Below are positions 1 through 9,240 of a DNA stretch of 64,000 bases, piece by piece. Below the pieces are notes generated by a model. The model worked only from the letters and a program-made list of their open reading frames with translations, did no database searches and was not told where the DNA came from. Origin of the DNA: an uncultured Gemmatimonadales bacterium (lineage in GTDB: Bacteria > Gemmatimonadota > Gemmatimonadetes > Gemmatimonadales > Gemmatimonadaceae); the NCBI GenBank assembly GCA_963707505.1, contig CAVPQB010000006.1:448001-512000 (forward strand), written 5' to 3'. The position numbers were made by a program, and so were the translations under genes. Within the stretch, counting starts at the first letter, position 1; every line of letters begins with the position of its first letter.

Positions 1-200
1 TTGCGATCAGGCGCACTCATCCGTGGACAACGGGGCGATCACGGTTGGCTACGGCCACGGCGCCGAGCGCGCGCGCAGGAGTTCGCGTCGTGGATCGAGG
101 CGGAAGCCGATTGGGAGATCATGCGCGAGGCGCGTACTCGATAGGCGCTTGGACACGCGCCACGGTTCATCATTCCGGACGCTGGCGAAGGCCTTCCGAA
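1..200 (+). pseudogene. Probable remnant of a group II PLP-dependent (aromatic amino acid) decarboxylase
   Basis: One frame reads CDQAHSSVDNGAITVG (cf. the AADC motif SDQAHSSVEK). Another frame then reads ARAQEFASWIEAEADWEIM, resembling a much more C-terminal AADC segment, which implies a large deletion. Cut by the window edge. Confidence 0.4.
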
Positions 201-201
201 A

Positions 202-792
202 ATGCTACGATCACGCGTGGAGACTGACCTCGACAGGCTGATCCAGCGGGCGGAATCGGAGCAGGGCTCGGCGGATGAGCTATTCGCGTTGCTCTACCAG
301 GAGCTGCATCGGCTCGCCGAGCACAACCTCAGACGCAGCAACGCCACCATCACGCTCGACGCCACGACGCTGCTGCACGAGGCATATCTCAACATCTCGG
401 GACGCAAGGACGTCGCGTTCGCGGATCAGCCGTCCTTCCTCGCCTACGCGTCCCGCGCGATGCGCGGACTGGTCATCGATTACGCGCGGCGCCGGCGTGC
501 GCTCAAGCGCGGCCGTCAGCTCGAGATCACCCTCGCCGAAGATGAACAACCGTCGGACGATTCTGTGCGACGAGCGCAGGAGCTCGAACAACTTGGCGAC
601 GCGATCGACGAGCTCGCGGTTCTCGATCCAGCGCTCGCCGAGCTGGTAGATCTGCACTTCTTCTGCGGCTTCACGTTCACGGAGATCGCCACGTTTCGCG
701 GATCGTCGGAGCGGACGGTGCAACGTGATTGGCGAAAGGCGCGACTGCTGCTGCAACATTCGCTGATGGACGACGAGGGCGAGCAGGTGTAA
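202..792 (+). CDS. ECF sigma factor, kinase-associated (ECF43 / TIGR02999-like)
   Basis: Region 2 LYQELHRLA...TLDATTLLHEAY, AMRGLVIDYARRRRALKRG, region 4 FTEIA...SERTVQRDWRKAR; adjacent Ser/Thr kinase. The start may be GTG at 217. Confidence 0.9.
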   Translation: MLRSRVETDLDRLIQRAESEQGSADELFALLYQELHRLAEHNLRRSNATITLDATTLLHEAYLNISGRKDVAFADQPSFLAYASRAMRGLVIDYARRRRALKRGRQLEITLAEDEQPSDDSVRRAQELEQLGDAIDELAVLDPALAELVDLHFFCGFTFTEIATFRGSSERTVQRDWRKARLLLQHSLMDDEGEQV

Positions 793-847
793 TCGGATCG
801 GGATTGACGCCAGCATGTTGGACTTGCGGCGAACCCGGCGCTTTCTC

Positions 848-3481
848 CTATCGCTGCAACGCGGCAATCAACATCTCCGCTTCACGCGTCCGCGGATGTT
901 CAGCACCAGCACCGTTGCGCAACTCCACCACCGAACGCGCAAGCGTCGCACGTGCACCCGATGTGTCGCCGCTCGCCAGCATCGCGCGCGCCTCTACAAG
1001 CCGCGCTTCGCCGACATGCGCACTCCGCGTCTCCGTGAGCGAATCCAGTGTGGCCTTTGCGCGCGCGTCGCGTGCGTAACCGAGAGCCTCGGTCGGATGG
1101 CCCAGCGCGAGCGCAGTCTCCGCCGCGAGGATGAGCGTCGAGTGAAAGGTCTTTCTGCGCGTGCCCTTGAAGTAGCCGTTCGATCGCAGGACCTGCACTA
1201 TCAACGCATGCGCCGATGCCGTATCGCCTGCCTGTAACTGGAGCAGTGCGTCCAGCATTCTGCGATCCATCACCTGATCGTCGCTGCTCCACGTCGCCTG
1301 GTGTGCGGCGAGCTGATCGAACCGCGCCGTCGTGCGTCGCGCGCCAGCGACATCGCCGAGTAACAGTTGCGCCTGCGCAAGACCGAACAGACCGCGTCCC
1401 TCCCAGTATGTGTTTTTCTGCGGTACGGCCTGACTCGCGAGCAACGCGAAATATTTCTTGGCGGAATCGGCGTGCCATTCAAACAGAGCTGTGTGCGCAT
1501 AATGGATGAGCGGCTGCGTTGGAATGTCGCCGGTTGGGTCGCTCCGCCTCATGCGTCCCAGCAAGTCATGCAGTGAACGCTCCGCCGCGGCAATCTCACC
1601 GAGACCAATCAGCGTCACGGCGCGGTCGTGCTGAAGGATCGCCCGCGTCATGGTTTCGCCCCTGCCGCTCCGGTCGAGAATGGCCATCGCGCTGTCGTAG
1701 GTCGTGAGCGATTGGCGATGCCGGCCCTGCTCGTCCAGTGCGTCTGCGAGAGTTGAAAACAGCCCGACGTACGCCATGTCCTTCGTCTCGCCGAGGCTGT
1801 CTCGGATGAAGATGGCGCGGCGGATCGCAGGCGCCGCGCGCTCATGATCAGGGCCCGCCTCATTCTCCAGATCCGCCAGCGTCTGGAGACATGTCACTTC
1901 CGCGCGCGGGTTCGGCGTGGCGCGCAGCATCGACTCGGCGCTATCCATCAACCGGTTTGCGTCGTCGTAGCGCCCCTGCGTGCGCAGATTGTCCACGATG
2001 TCGCAACGTGCCTCGATCAGCTGACCACGATCTCCCGTTGCCTTCGCCAGTGAGTCGGCGCGTGCGAGCAGCGTTCCGCGAATCTTGCTATCGCCCAACT
2101 CTGCGTAACGCGCGGACAGCTGGAGCAGGATCGGTGTGAGCAGACGCGGATCACCGCTGTACTCTCGCTCGAGTGCATTACGCGAGCGATCCAGGATCTC
2201 GCGCATGGTGATCGGCCTGTCGCCGATCTGCGACATGAGCTGCGACTGGAACTCGACCTGCGCATCCGCGCGCCGGCTTTCGTACAACGCAGCGTCCCGC
2301 TGCCGTCGCGCTTCACGCATCTGCACAAGCGAGAAAACCGTGGCAGCGAGCACGGCCATCGACGCGATCGTCGCGCCAGCCACTCCAGCGCGATGTCTGC
2401 GAACGAACTTCCGTGTGCGGTACGCGAGTGAATCACCCCGTGCGCGCACCGGCTCGTGACGCAGATAGCGACGGAGATCGTCTGCGAATACATCCACGGT
2501 CTGATACCGCAGACGCGGTTCCTTGTGCAGTGCCTTGGCGAGAATGCTGTCGAGATCGCCGAGCCCGAGCCGCGCCACACGCACTTCGCGTAGCGCGCGA
2601 ACCGTATCCGCGGGTGTACGGCATCCCATCGCGGTTGGGTGGTGACCGGAGATCAGCATGTACAGGAGCACGCCCGCGGCGTACACATCCGTCGCAGTCG
2701 TGACCGGCTCGCCGGATACCTGTTCCGGCGCTGCGAATTCCGGCGTCAACACGCGCGTCGTCTCAATCGTGAGTGCACCGGACTCGTCGTCGATGTCGCT
2801 ACTCAGCAACTTGGCGATGCCGAAGTCGAGCAGCTTCACTGTACCGTCGTGAGTCACCAGAATGTTTGACGGCTTGATGTCGCGGTGCACGATGAGATTC
2901 GCGTGCGCGTGACCGACTGCGGCGAGCATGTCGAGCACGAGCTCGATTCGCGCTTCGGGCGAGAGCTCGTGCTCCTCGGCGTAGCTGTCGATGCGCACGC
3001 CATCCACGTATTCGAGCACGAGATATGGCTGACCGCCGGGCGTCACACCCGCATCCATCAGTCTTGCGATTCCCGGGTGCGTGAGCCGCGCGAGCACCGA
3101 CCCCTCGCGCCGGAAGCGTGCCTCGCCGGACGGACTCAGCAGTCCAAGGTTGAGCAGCTTGACCGCCGCATACCCATCGAACTGTCCATCGGTGCGGCGC
3201 GCGAGCCACACGGTGCCCATGCCGCCGGCGCCTATCTGCCGTTCGAGGGTGTAGGCGCCGAGCCGGAGCCCGTCCAGCTTCGCGCCGACCATCTCGGTGA
3301 GGAATCCGCGCCGGTCGGCGGTGCTCTCGCCAGATAGCAGCAGGGCGAGATCCGCCGCGAGTGCCGGTGATTGCGCGCGCAGCTCGTCCATCCACGACTC
3401 GCGCTCTTCGACAGTCAAATCCAGAGCGCGGTCGAGAAGCGGTTCGAGAACTTGCCAGCGGTCGCGATCGATGGTGCCCAT
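848..3481 (-). CDS. Membrane Ser/Thr protein kinase with C-terminal TPR-like region
   Basis: GAGGMGTV, AVK, HRDIKPSN, DFG and APE motifs; TM segment after RRHR; ATG at 3481 preceded by the RBS AAGGGAG. Confidence 0.92.
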   Translation of the reverse strand: MGTIDRDRWQVLEPLLDRALDLTVEERESWMDELRAQSPALAADLALLLSGESTADRRGFLTEMVGAKLDGLRLGAYTLERQIGAGGMGTVWLARRTDGQFDGYAAVKLLNLGLLSPSGEARFRREGSVLARLTHPGIARLMDAGVTPGGQPYLVLEYVDGVRIDSYAEEHELSPEARIELVLDMLAAVGHAHANLIVHRDIKPSNILVTHDGTVKLLDFGIAKLLSSDIDDESGALTIETTRVLTPEFAAPEQVSGEPVTTATDVYAAGVLLYMLISGHHPTAMGCRTPADTVRALREVRVARLGLGDLDSILAKALHKEPRLRYQTVDVFADDLRRYLRHEPVRARGDSLAYRTRKFVRRHRAGVAGATIASMAVLAATVFSLVQMREARRQRDAALYESRRADAQVEFQSQLMSQIGDRPITMREILDRSRNALEREYSGDPRLLTPILLQLSARYAELGDSKIRGTLLARADSLAKATGDRGQLIEARCDIVDNLRTQGRYDDANRLMDSAESMLRATPNPRAEVTCLQTLADLENEAGPDHERAAPAIRRAIFIRDSLGETKDMAYVGLFSTLADALDEQGRHRQSLTTYDSAMAILDRSGRGETMTRAILQHDRAVTLIGLGEIAAAERSLHDLLGRMRRSDPTGDIPTQPLIHYAHTALFEWHADSAKKYFALLASQAVPQKNTYWEGRGLFGLAQAQLLLGDVAGARRTTARFDQLAAHQATWSSDDQVMDRRMLDALLQLQAGDTASAHALIVQVLRSNGYFKGTRRKTFHSTLILAAETALALGHPTEALGYARDARAKATLDSLTETRSAHVGEARLVEARAMLASGDTSGARATLARSVVELRNGAGAEHPRTREAEMLIAALQR

Positions 3482-3665
3482 CGTCGGTCTCCCTTGCGTG
3501 GGCTCTCGGCAAAGTATGCTCTTCGCCGGGCTTCCGGACAAGTCCCGGAAACGCCTCGGCCAGTTCGCGGCGGGTTTGGGGGCCGAATTCCGATTATATG
3601 ATTGCGCGGCTCATGATGTGTGCTGGGTTGGTCGCACCATCTCATACCTAATTGGTGATTCAGAC

Positions 3666-4148
3666 ATGAAGTCCCAAACGGTGCCAACGTTCATTTCCGG
3701 ATTTCTTTTGATTGCAGGCGCAGCCGCCGCCTCTGCACAGGCGCCCGCTAACGCACCCGTGCATTCGGCAACAGAGGTCAAGTGGGGGCCGGCACCGCCC
3801 GTTCTGCCGCCAGCGGCGAAGATCGCCGTGCTCGAAGGCAATCCGTTTGGCAGCGGCGTGTACACGCTGCGGCTGCGGATGCCGGACGGTTACATCGTGC
3901 CGCCACACTTTCATCCGACGGATGAGATGGTGACGGTGATCAGCGGCAACCTTCTCTTCGCCGATGGCGACGACATCGATCGTAGCAAGACAGCGAAGCT
4001 CACGCAGGGTGGATTCGTCACCGCAGCGGCCAACATGCACCACTATGTGATCGCGCGCGGGCCGACGGTCGTGCAGGTGCACGGTGTGGGGCCGTTCGCG
4101 ATTACCTACGTGCACGCCGCGGACGATCCGCGCAACAAGAGCAAGTGA
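3666..4148 (+). CDS. Secreted cupin-domain protein (DUF4437-like)
   Basis: Signal peptide ending ASA-Q; cupin motifs PPHFHPTDE and MHHY; stop overlaps the next start (GTGA). Confidence 0.85.
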   Translation: MKSQTVPTFISGFLLIAGAAAASAQAPANAPVHSATEVKWGPAPPVLPPAAKIAVLEGNPFGSGVYTLRLRMPDGYIVPPHFHPTDEMVTVISGNLLFADGDDIDRSKTAKLTQGGFVTAAANMHHYVIARGPTVVQVHGVGPFAITYVHAADDPRNKSK

Positions 4149-5536
4149 TGCGCCGCGGATTGCGTACCACACCAGCCGCGATCGCGGGAGCCATTCTCAT
4201 ACTCTTTGGTTGCACCGACCAGCAACCGACCGACCCCGCGAGTGTCGCCCCCACCGCTCAGCGCAATGGCGGTAGTTCGTCTGATACTGCCCTGTCACCG
4301 CGGCTCGTGCGCCAGCTCGCCGCTGGTCGCGGGATTGGGCGGCTCGACGATCCGCCCCACGTGCGACCGGCGCTCGCAGAACTCGGGCAGGCACTGATGT
4401 TCGATCCGATTTTGAGTGGCAATCACGACGTCAGCTGCGCAACGTGCCACATGGCGGCGTTCAGTACGGGCGATGGACGAAGCCTCTCGGTCGGTGCCGG
4501 TGGAACCGGTGCTGGACCCAACCGTACGCACCCCGATGGCGTGTTCATTCCACGCAACGCGCCGCCGGTGTTCGATCTGGCGCAGCTGCGGCACATGTTC
4601 TGGGATGGACGTGTGGAGACCGATGGCCACGGTCACTTCGTTACACCGGCCCAATCGCAGCTGACACCGTCGATGCAGCGCGTGCTCGAGTTTGGCGCGA
4701 TATCGGCGCAGCCGATGTTTCCCGTCACTGCACGCACCGAGATGCGTGGCCAGTCTGGCAACGAGCTGACGGAGATCGCCGACAACGACTACACCGATAT
4801 CTGGTCGGGCCTGATGCGACGGCTCGGCACAATTCCGAAGTATCGCAGGTTGTTCGAGCGGGCGTATCCAGGAAAACGATTCGACGACATGAACTTCGCG
4901 TACGCATCGAATGCGATCGCGGGCTTCCTCGTGTCGAATTTCACGATGAACAATTCGCCGTGGGATCGGTTTCTTGCTGGGCACGACAACGCACTCACGC
5001 CGCAGCAGCTCGAGGGTGCGCGTTCGTTCCTCACACTCAAGTGCTCGATCTGCCACAACGGCCCGACGTTCAGCGACGACAAGTTCCACGACGTGGCAGT
5101 CGCGCAGATCGGACCAGGGCAGGGTGAGGGTCTGCAGGGGCGCGACGATTTCGGACGCATGAACGTGACCGGCAATCCCGCGGACAAGTATCTCTTCCGC
5201 ACCACTCCGCTGCGCAACGTAGAGCTCACCGGCCCTTACGGCCACGACGGCTCGATAATGACCTTGGAGGGATTCGTCGCGCACTACAGCGAGTCCGACG
5301 TGAAGCTCAGGACGTACGATCCGTCGCAGCTCGAGCCGGATCTCCGGAGTACCGTGCTCGACAATACGGCGGGCGTACTCGCGCAGCGCGACACTCTATT
5401 GAACGGCGTCGTGCTGACACCGCAGCTGGTGGACAATCTCGTCGCCTACATGCGCGCGCTCACCGATCCCGCAGCGCGGAATCTGAACAGGTTCGTACCG
5501 AAGAAAGTGCCGAGCGGGCTGCCGGTAGGGCAGTAG
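4145..5536 (+). CDS. Di-heme cytochrome c peroxidase / MauG-family lipoprotein
   Basis: Two CxxCH motifs (CATCH, CSICH), RNAP, FWDGR, FRTTPLRNV..TGPYGHDG; lipobox LFGC. Confidence 0.9.
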   Translation: MMRRGLRTTPAAIAGAILILFGCTDQQPTDPASVAPTAQRNGGSSSDTALSPRLVRQLAAGRGIGRLDDPPHVRPALAELGQALMFDPILSGNHDVSCATCHMAAFSTGDGRSLSVGAGGTGAGPNRTHPDGVFIPRNAPPVFDLAQLRHMFWDGRVETDGHGHFVTPAQSQLTPSMQRVLEFGAISAQPMFPVTARTEMRGQSGNELTEIADNDYTDIWSGLMRRLGTIPKYRRLFERAYPGKRFDDMNFAYASNAIAGFLVSNFTMNNSPWDRFLAGHDNALTPQQLEGARSFLTLKCSICHNGPTFSDDKFHDVAVAQIGPGQGEGLQGRDDFGRMNVTGNPADKYLFRTTPLRNVELTGPYGHDGSIMTLEGFVAHYSESDVKLRTYDPSQLEPDLRSTVLDNTAGVLAQRDTLLNGVVLTPQLVDNLVAYMRALTDPAARNLNRFVPKKVPSGLPVGQ

Positions 5537-5550
5537 ATGGCTTGTTGTTG

Positions 5551-5588
5551 AATGCGGCCCCCGAATAATATCGGGGGCCGCATTTTAT
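5551..5588. terminator. Intrinsic terminator between convergent genes
   Basis: 14-bp stem aatgcggcccccga / tcgggggccgcatt with a 6-nt loop and T-rich 3' flank. Confidence 0.8.
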
Positions 5589-5615
5589 TCACTCCTCAAT
5601 CACGCCAGCCTCGCC

Positions 5616-6092
5616 TTAATACCTGCGACGATGGGCGCCGTTCTGCTGGTACTGCTGGTTCTGAGGGTACTGCTGATTCGTGCCAGGCAGAACCTTTCCC
5701 GTGCGACCATTCGGCGTAACGGGGTTTGGGAAGCCCGGAATCACTGGCGATGACGGGTACCGTGCCGCGCTGCGCGACGGGTATCCGTTGCCAGTGCGAT
5801 ATCGTCCGTCATTGTCGTGGCCGTTTCTGTAATACCCGTTCTTGTAATTCTTGTTTTTTTCCTTGTCCTTGTGATGCGCTTTCTTGTGGTGCCCGTTGTC
5901 GTAGCGCTCGTTATCGTAGCGCTCGTTGTTGTAGCGCCCATTGTCGTAGCGTCCGTTGTTGTACTGCCACTCGGAGTGGTCGCGGTGGCCTGGACGCTGC
6001 GCACCTGCTGGCGTTGATGCTGCCAGCATCGCGAGTGGAACGGCCACCACGCTTGCAGCCTTGAGCACGGTACTGATGAACTTTGCGGTCAT
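5616..6092 (-). CDS. Secreted low-complexity Asn/Tyr/Gln-rich protein with Y(D/N)N(G/E)R repeats
   Basis: ATG 6092 with GGAGG RBS; signal peptide ending PAGA-QR; related to 20975..21760. Confidence 0.75.
   Translation of the reverse strand: MTAKFISTVLKAASVVAVPLAMLAASTPAGAQRPGHRDHSEWQYNNGRYDNGRYNNERYDNERYDNGHHKKAHHKDKEKNKNYKNGYYRNGHDNDGRYRTGNGYPSRSAARYPSSPVIPGFPNPVTPNGRTGKVLPGTNQQYPQNQQYQQNGAHRRRY
5895..5963 (-). repeat. Coding 15-bp tandem repeat, about 5 copies
   Basis: Units like gttgtcgtagcgctc encode YNNGR/YDNGR/YNNER/YDNER/YDNGH. Confidence 0.85.
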
Positions 6093-6220
6093 AACATTTC
6101 CTCCAGTTGGCACGGTTCTACACCAGATCGGTTGGTTCCTTCCACCGTTCTGTAACATATACATGCGCAAGCTCCGTGCTAAGCCGCCATGCACGAACAT
6201 TCGCGTGAATCAGCTCTGAA

Positions 6221-6291
6221 GCTGTCATGAAACTGACAACCGGCGTGTAACAATCGTATGCACGCCTTCCTACATGTCAGGAAGCTGTCAC
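6221..6291. promoter_or_regulatory. TGTCA-based operator sites
   Basis: GCTGTCATGAAACTGACAAC (6221-6240) and TGTCA-N6-TGTCA (6275-6290); the first matches 21888-21907 at 17/20 positions. Confidence 0.6.
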
Positions 6292-6395
6292 GAGCTCGGG
6301 ATCGTGCGCTAACTTTCTGGTACGGCGGCGTGGTGTGGATGCGCACGCAACACACGTGATCGAGCCGCGTACTCTTCAATCTGTGAGCGAACACA

Positions 6396-6863
6396 ATGGA
6401 TTCGACGAGCAAGTTTCAGAAGCCGAGTGACGAGGAGCTGAGAAGGAAGCTCTCGCCGGAGCAGTATCGCGTCACGCAGCATGAAGGCACCGAGCGGCCG
6501 TTCACGAACGAGTACAACGACAATCACGAAGCAGGCATCTACGTGGACGTCGTATCCGGCGAGCCGCTCTTCAGCTCGCTCGACAAGTTCGACGCGCATT
6601 GTGGATGGCCGAGTTTTACGAAGCCGCTCGATGAAGCAGGCGTCACGACCAGAACCGACAACAAGCTCGGCATGGCGCGCACCGAAGTGCGATCTGCGCA
6701 GGCTGATTCACATCTGGGGCATGTGTTCGATGACGGCCCCGGCCCGACGGGCCTGCGTTACTGCATGAACTCCGCGTCGATGCGCTTTGTGCCGGTGGCA
6801 AAGTTGGAGGAGGAAGGGTACGGCGAGTGGTTGAAGTTGTTTGGGGGAGAAGGGAAGAAGTAG
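6396..6863 (+). CDS. msrB: Peptide-methionine (R)-S-oxide reductase
   Basis: [30 protein letters not shown]. Confidence 0.97.
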   Translation: MDSTSKFQKPSDEELRRKLSPEQYRVTQHEGTERPFTNEYNDNHEAGIYVDVVSGEPLFSSLDKFDAHCGWPSFTKPLDEAGVTTRTDNKLGMARTEVRSAQADSHLGHVFDDGPGPTGLRYCMNSASMRFVPVAKLEEEGYGEWLKLFGGEGKK

Positions 6864-6885
6864 TCGGCTGGCGTTCCCGCACTCC

Positions 6886-6915
6886 TCGTCATCCGCGCGT
6901 TCGCGGGGATGACGA
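6886..6915. terminator. Hairpin (terminator or REP-like) between convergent genes
   Basis: tcgtcatcc...ggatgacga inverted repeat. Confidence 0.45.
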
Positions 6916-6920
6916 CTTTG

Positions 6921-9092
6921 TCACATCGCCTGCGCGATCGCCTGAAAGCGTGGGGTCGTGCGTATCGAGTCGAGATCGCTGTCGTGCTCGATCCACTCCT
7001 TGTGACCGAACCCTCTGTCGACTGCCGTCTCGAGACTCGCTAGCGCTTCGTCCGGCATACCGATCAGGGAGTAAGCACAGGCAATGTTGTAAAGCATCCC
7101 TGAATCGTCAGGATCGATGGCCAGGGAGCGGCGGATGTATTCTACTGTCTGCTCCCGGTCACCCATCCGTGCCAGCGTGGTTGCACCCAGATTCGTCGCT
7201 CTGGCATCGTCGGGGTTGAGCTCCAGTCTTTCGTCAATGAGCTTGAGCGACAGCCGGCGCGCTGCCTCCGCCTCCGCCGCGAGGCCCATATCATCAAGAA
7301 CATTGGCGAGGAAGTTCGGCGCCTGGAAATCTTCCGGTCTCAGCAGCGAAGCCCGCTCGAACATCTTCGCCGCCTCTGCATTACGGCCCTGCGACTTGAG
7401 TCCGCGGCCGTAGAAATATGCTGCCTCGAACAGCTTCGGATTCAGCCGCAATGCAGTCTCGAATTCCTGATCGGCTTCCGCGAACTGCTTGGTGAGCGAG
7501 ACAGCTATGCCGCGCGCCACGTGCGCCTCTGCGAGATCGGGCTCCAGTTCCAGCGCACGCCTGCTGGCAATATCCGCCTGACGCAGATTGAACTCGCGCG
7601 CGTCCCAGTACGTGTAAAGCGACGAGCATGCATCGGCAATTCCAGCGTGCGCCAGGGCATACTCGGGATCGATCTCGACAGCACGATTGTACATCTGCCG
7701 GGCGTACTCCACGCTCTTGCGTCGCCACTGATGGAAATATTGCTGGCCACGAAGGAAGAAATCGTACGCCTGTACGTTGACGACGCGCGCCTTCTCGATC
7801 GCCTTCTTTTCGCCCTCGGTGAGAATCACGCGAAGCGCTTTCACGATCGCCTGCGAGATGTCGTCCTGAATCGCGAATACATCCTCCAGCTCGCGGTCGT
7901 ACCGCTCCGACCAGAGATGATATCCGTCGGCGACGTTCACCAGCTGCGCGGTGATGCGGAGCTTGTTCCCCATCTTGCGCACGCTGCCCTCGAGCACGGT
8001 CGACACCTTGAGCTTGCGGCCGATGTCGCCGATGTCCTCGTTCTTTCCCTTGAATGCGAATGACGACGTGCGCGAGGCAACGCGCAGCGACTGGATCTTC
8101 GTCAGCGCATTGATGATCTCTTCCGCCATTCCGTCGGTGAAGTACTCGTTGTCCGCGTCGGCGCTCATGTTCGCGAACGGCAGCACCGCGACCGACTTTG
8201 CCGCGGACACAGCCTGTTGCGGCATCGTCAGCGTGTCCGACGGAGTGACGAGATTGCTGGAGGTCAGCGCCTGTGCGAACAGCGCAGCGGTCTTGTAACG
8301 ATCACCTGCGTCGGTCGACATCGCCTTCACCAGCGCATGCTCGACGTTCTCCGGTACACTCGATCGGATTTCGCGAATCCGCTTTGGAACTTCCGTGAAT
8401 CGCTTTGCGAGAATCGCCTGCGCAGTCGTACCGGTGAACGGCCGCTGGCCAGACAGCATCTCGTACAGCATGCACGCAAGACTGTACTGATCGCTGCGTC
8501 CGTCGAGTTGCGCTTCACCTGCGGCCTGTTCCGGACTCACGTACGCAGGAGTGCCGACCATCATCCCGGTCTGCGTCAGCATCGCCGTCTGATTGCCCGC
8601 AGCGCTAACAGCCTTGGCGATTCCGAAGTCCATCACCATCGGCTCGCCCTCGTACAGCATCACGTTCTCGGGCTTGATGTCGCGGTGCACGACGTTCTGC
8701 CGGTGCGCATAGTCGAGCGCCGACGCAACCGCGAGCGCATGGTGAATCGCCTCGTCGATCGGCAGCTGTTGTTGACGGTCGAGCCGTTCTCGCAGCGACT
8801 CGCCCTCGACGTACGGCATCACGTAATAGAGCAGGCCCTCGATCTCACCCGAGTCGAACAGCGGCAGGATATGCGGGTGGTTGAGCCGAGCGGCGACGCG
8901 GATCTCGCGGAGGAATCGATCGGGACCGAGCGAGGCAGCGAGCTCCGGATGCAGCACCTTGAGCGCGACGACGCGCTCGTGCTTGGAGTCCTGCGCGAGA
9001 TAAACCGTCGCCATCCCGCCGCGACCGAGCTCCCGATCCACCGTGTAGGTCGGGGCGAGGATGTCGCGGATACGCTCGATTGGCGGCGTCAT
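6921..9092 (-). CDS. Cytoplasmic Ser/Thr kinase with TolB-N-like domain and TPRs
   Basis: GRGGMATV, HRDIKPEN, DFG; SVAVLPFANMS..DNEYF domain; C-terminal TPRs ending YNIACAYS. Confidence 0.93.
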   Translation of the reverse strand: MTPPIERIRDILAPTYTVDRELGRGGMATVYLAQDSKHERVVALKVLHPELAASLGPDRFLREIRVAARLNHPHILPLFDSGEIEGLLYYVMPYVEGESLRERLDRQQQLPIDEAIHHALAVASALDYAHRQNVVHRDIKPENVMLYEGEPMVMDFGIAKAVSAAGNQTAMLTQTGMMVGTPAYVSPEQAAGEAQLDGRSDQYSLACMLYEMLSGQRPFTGTTAQAILAKRFTEVPKRIREIRSSVPENVEHALVKAMSTDAGDRYKTAALFAQALTSSNLVTPSDTLTMPQQAVSAAKSVAVLPFANMSADADNEYFTDGMAEEIINALTKIQSLRVASRTSSFAFKGKNEDIGDIGRKLKVSTVLEGSVRKMGNKLRITAQLVNVADGYHLWSERYDRELEDVFAIQDDISQAIVKALRVILTEGEKKAIEKARVVNVQAYDFFLRGQQYFHQWRRKSVEYARQMYNRAVEIDPEYALAHAGIADACSSLYTYWDAREFNLRQADIASRRALELEPDLAEAHVARGIAVSLTKQFAEADQEFETALRLNPKLFEAAYFYGRGLKSQGRNAEAAKMFERASLLRPEDFQAPNFLANVLDDMGLAAEAEAARRLSLKLIDERLELNPDDARATNLGATTLARMGDREQTVEYIRRSLAIDPDDSGMLYNIACAYSLIGMPDEALASLETAVDRGFGHKEWIEHDSDLDSIRTTPRFQAIAQAM

Positions 9093-9160
9093 GCGGTTTT
9101 GATCCGGGAGTCAGAGACCTTCACCAACCCATCAACATCGACTACCCGTAAACAATTGTA

Positions 9161-9188
9161 TTGACAACGTCACGGAATTTCGTACTTT
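9161..9188 (+). promoter_or_regulatory. Sigma70-type promoter for the S8 peptidase
   Basis: TTGACA-N16-TACTTT about 50 bp upstream of the start. Confidence 0.55.
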
Positions 9189-9240
9189 CGCTGGCCGACC
9201 TGAAATCTTACCGATTCCCCGCCCACCCCGGAAGGTCAAA

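Noticed and set aside
5895..5963. CRISPR-like or non-coding repeat array
   Set aside because: These are 15-bp in-frame coding repeats with no spacers and no cas genes.
6167..6182. Sigma54 promoter for the 5616..6092 gene (minus strand TAGCACGGAGCTTGC)
   Set aside because: Spacing is right but the invariant GG is AG, and the related gene at 21760 has no convincing equivalent.
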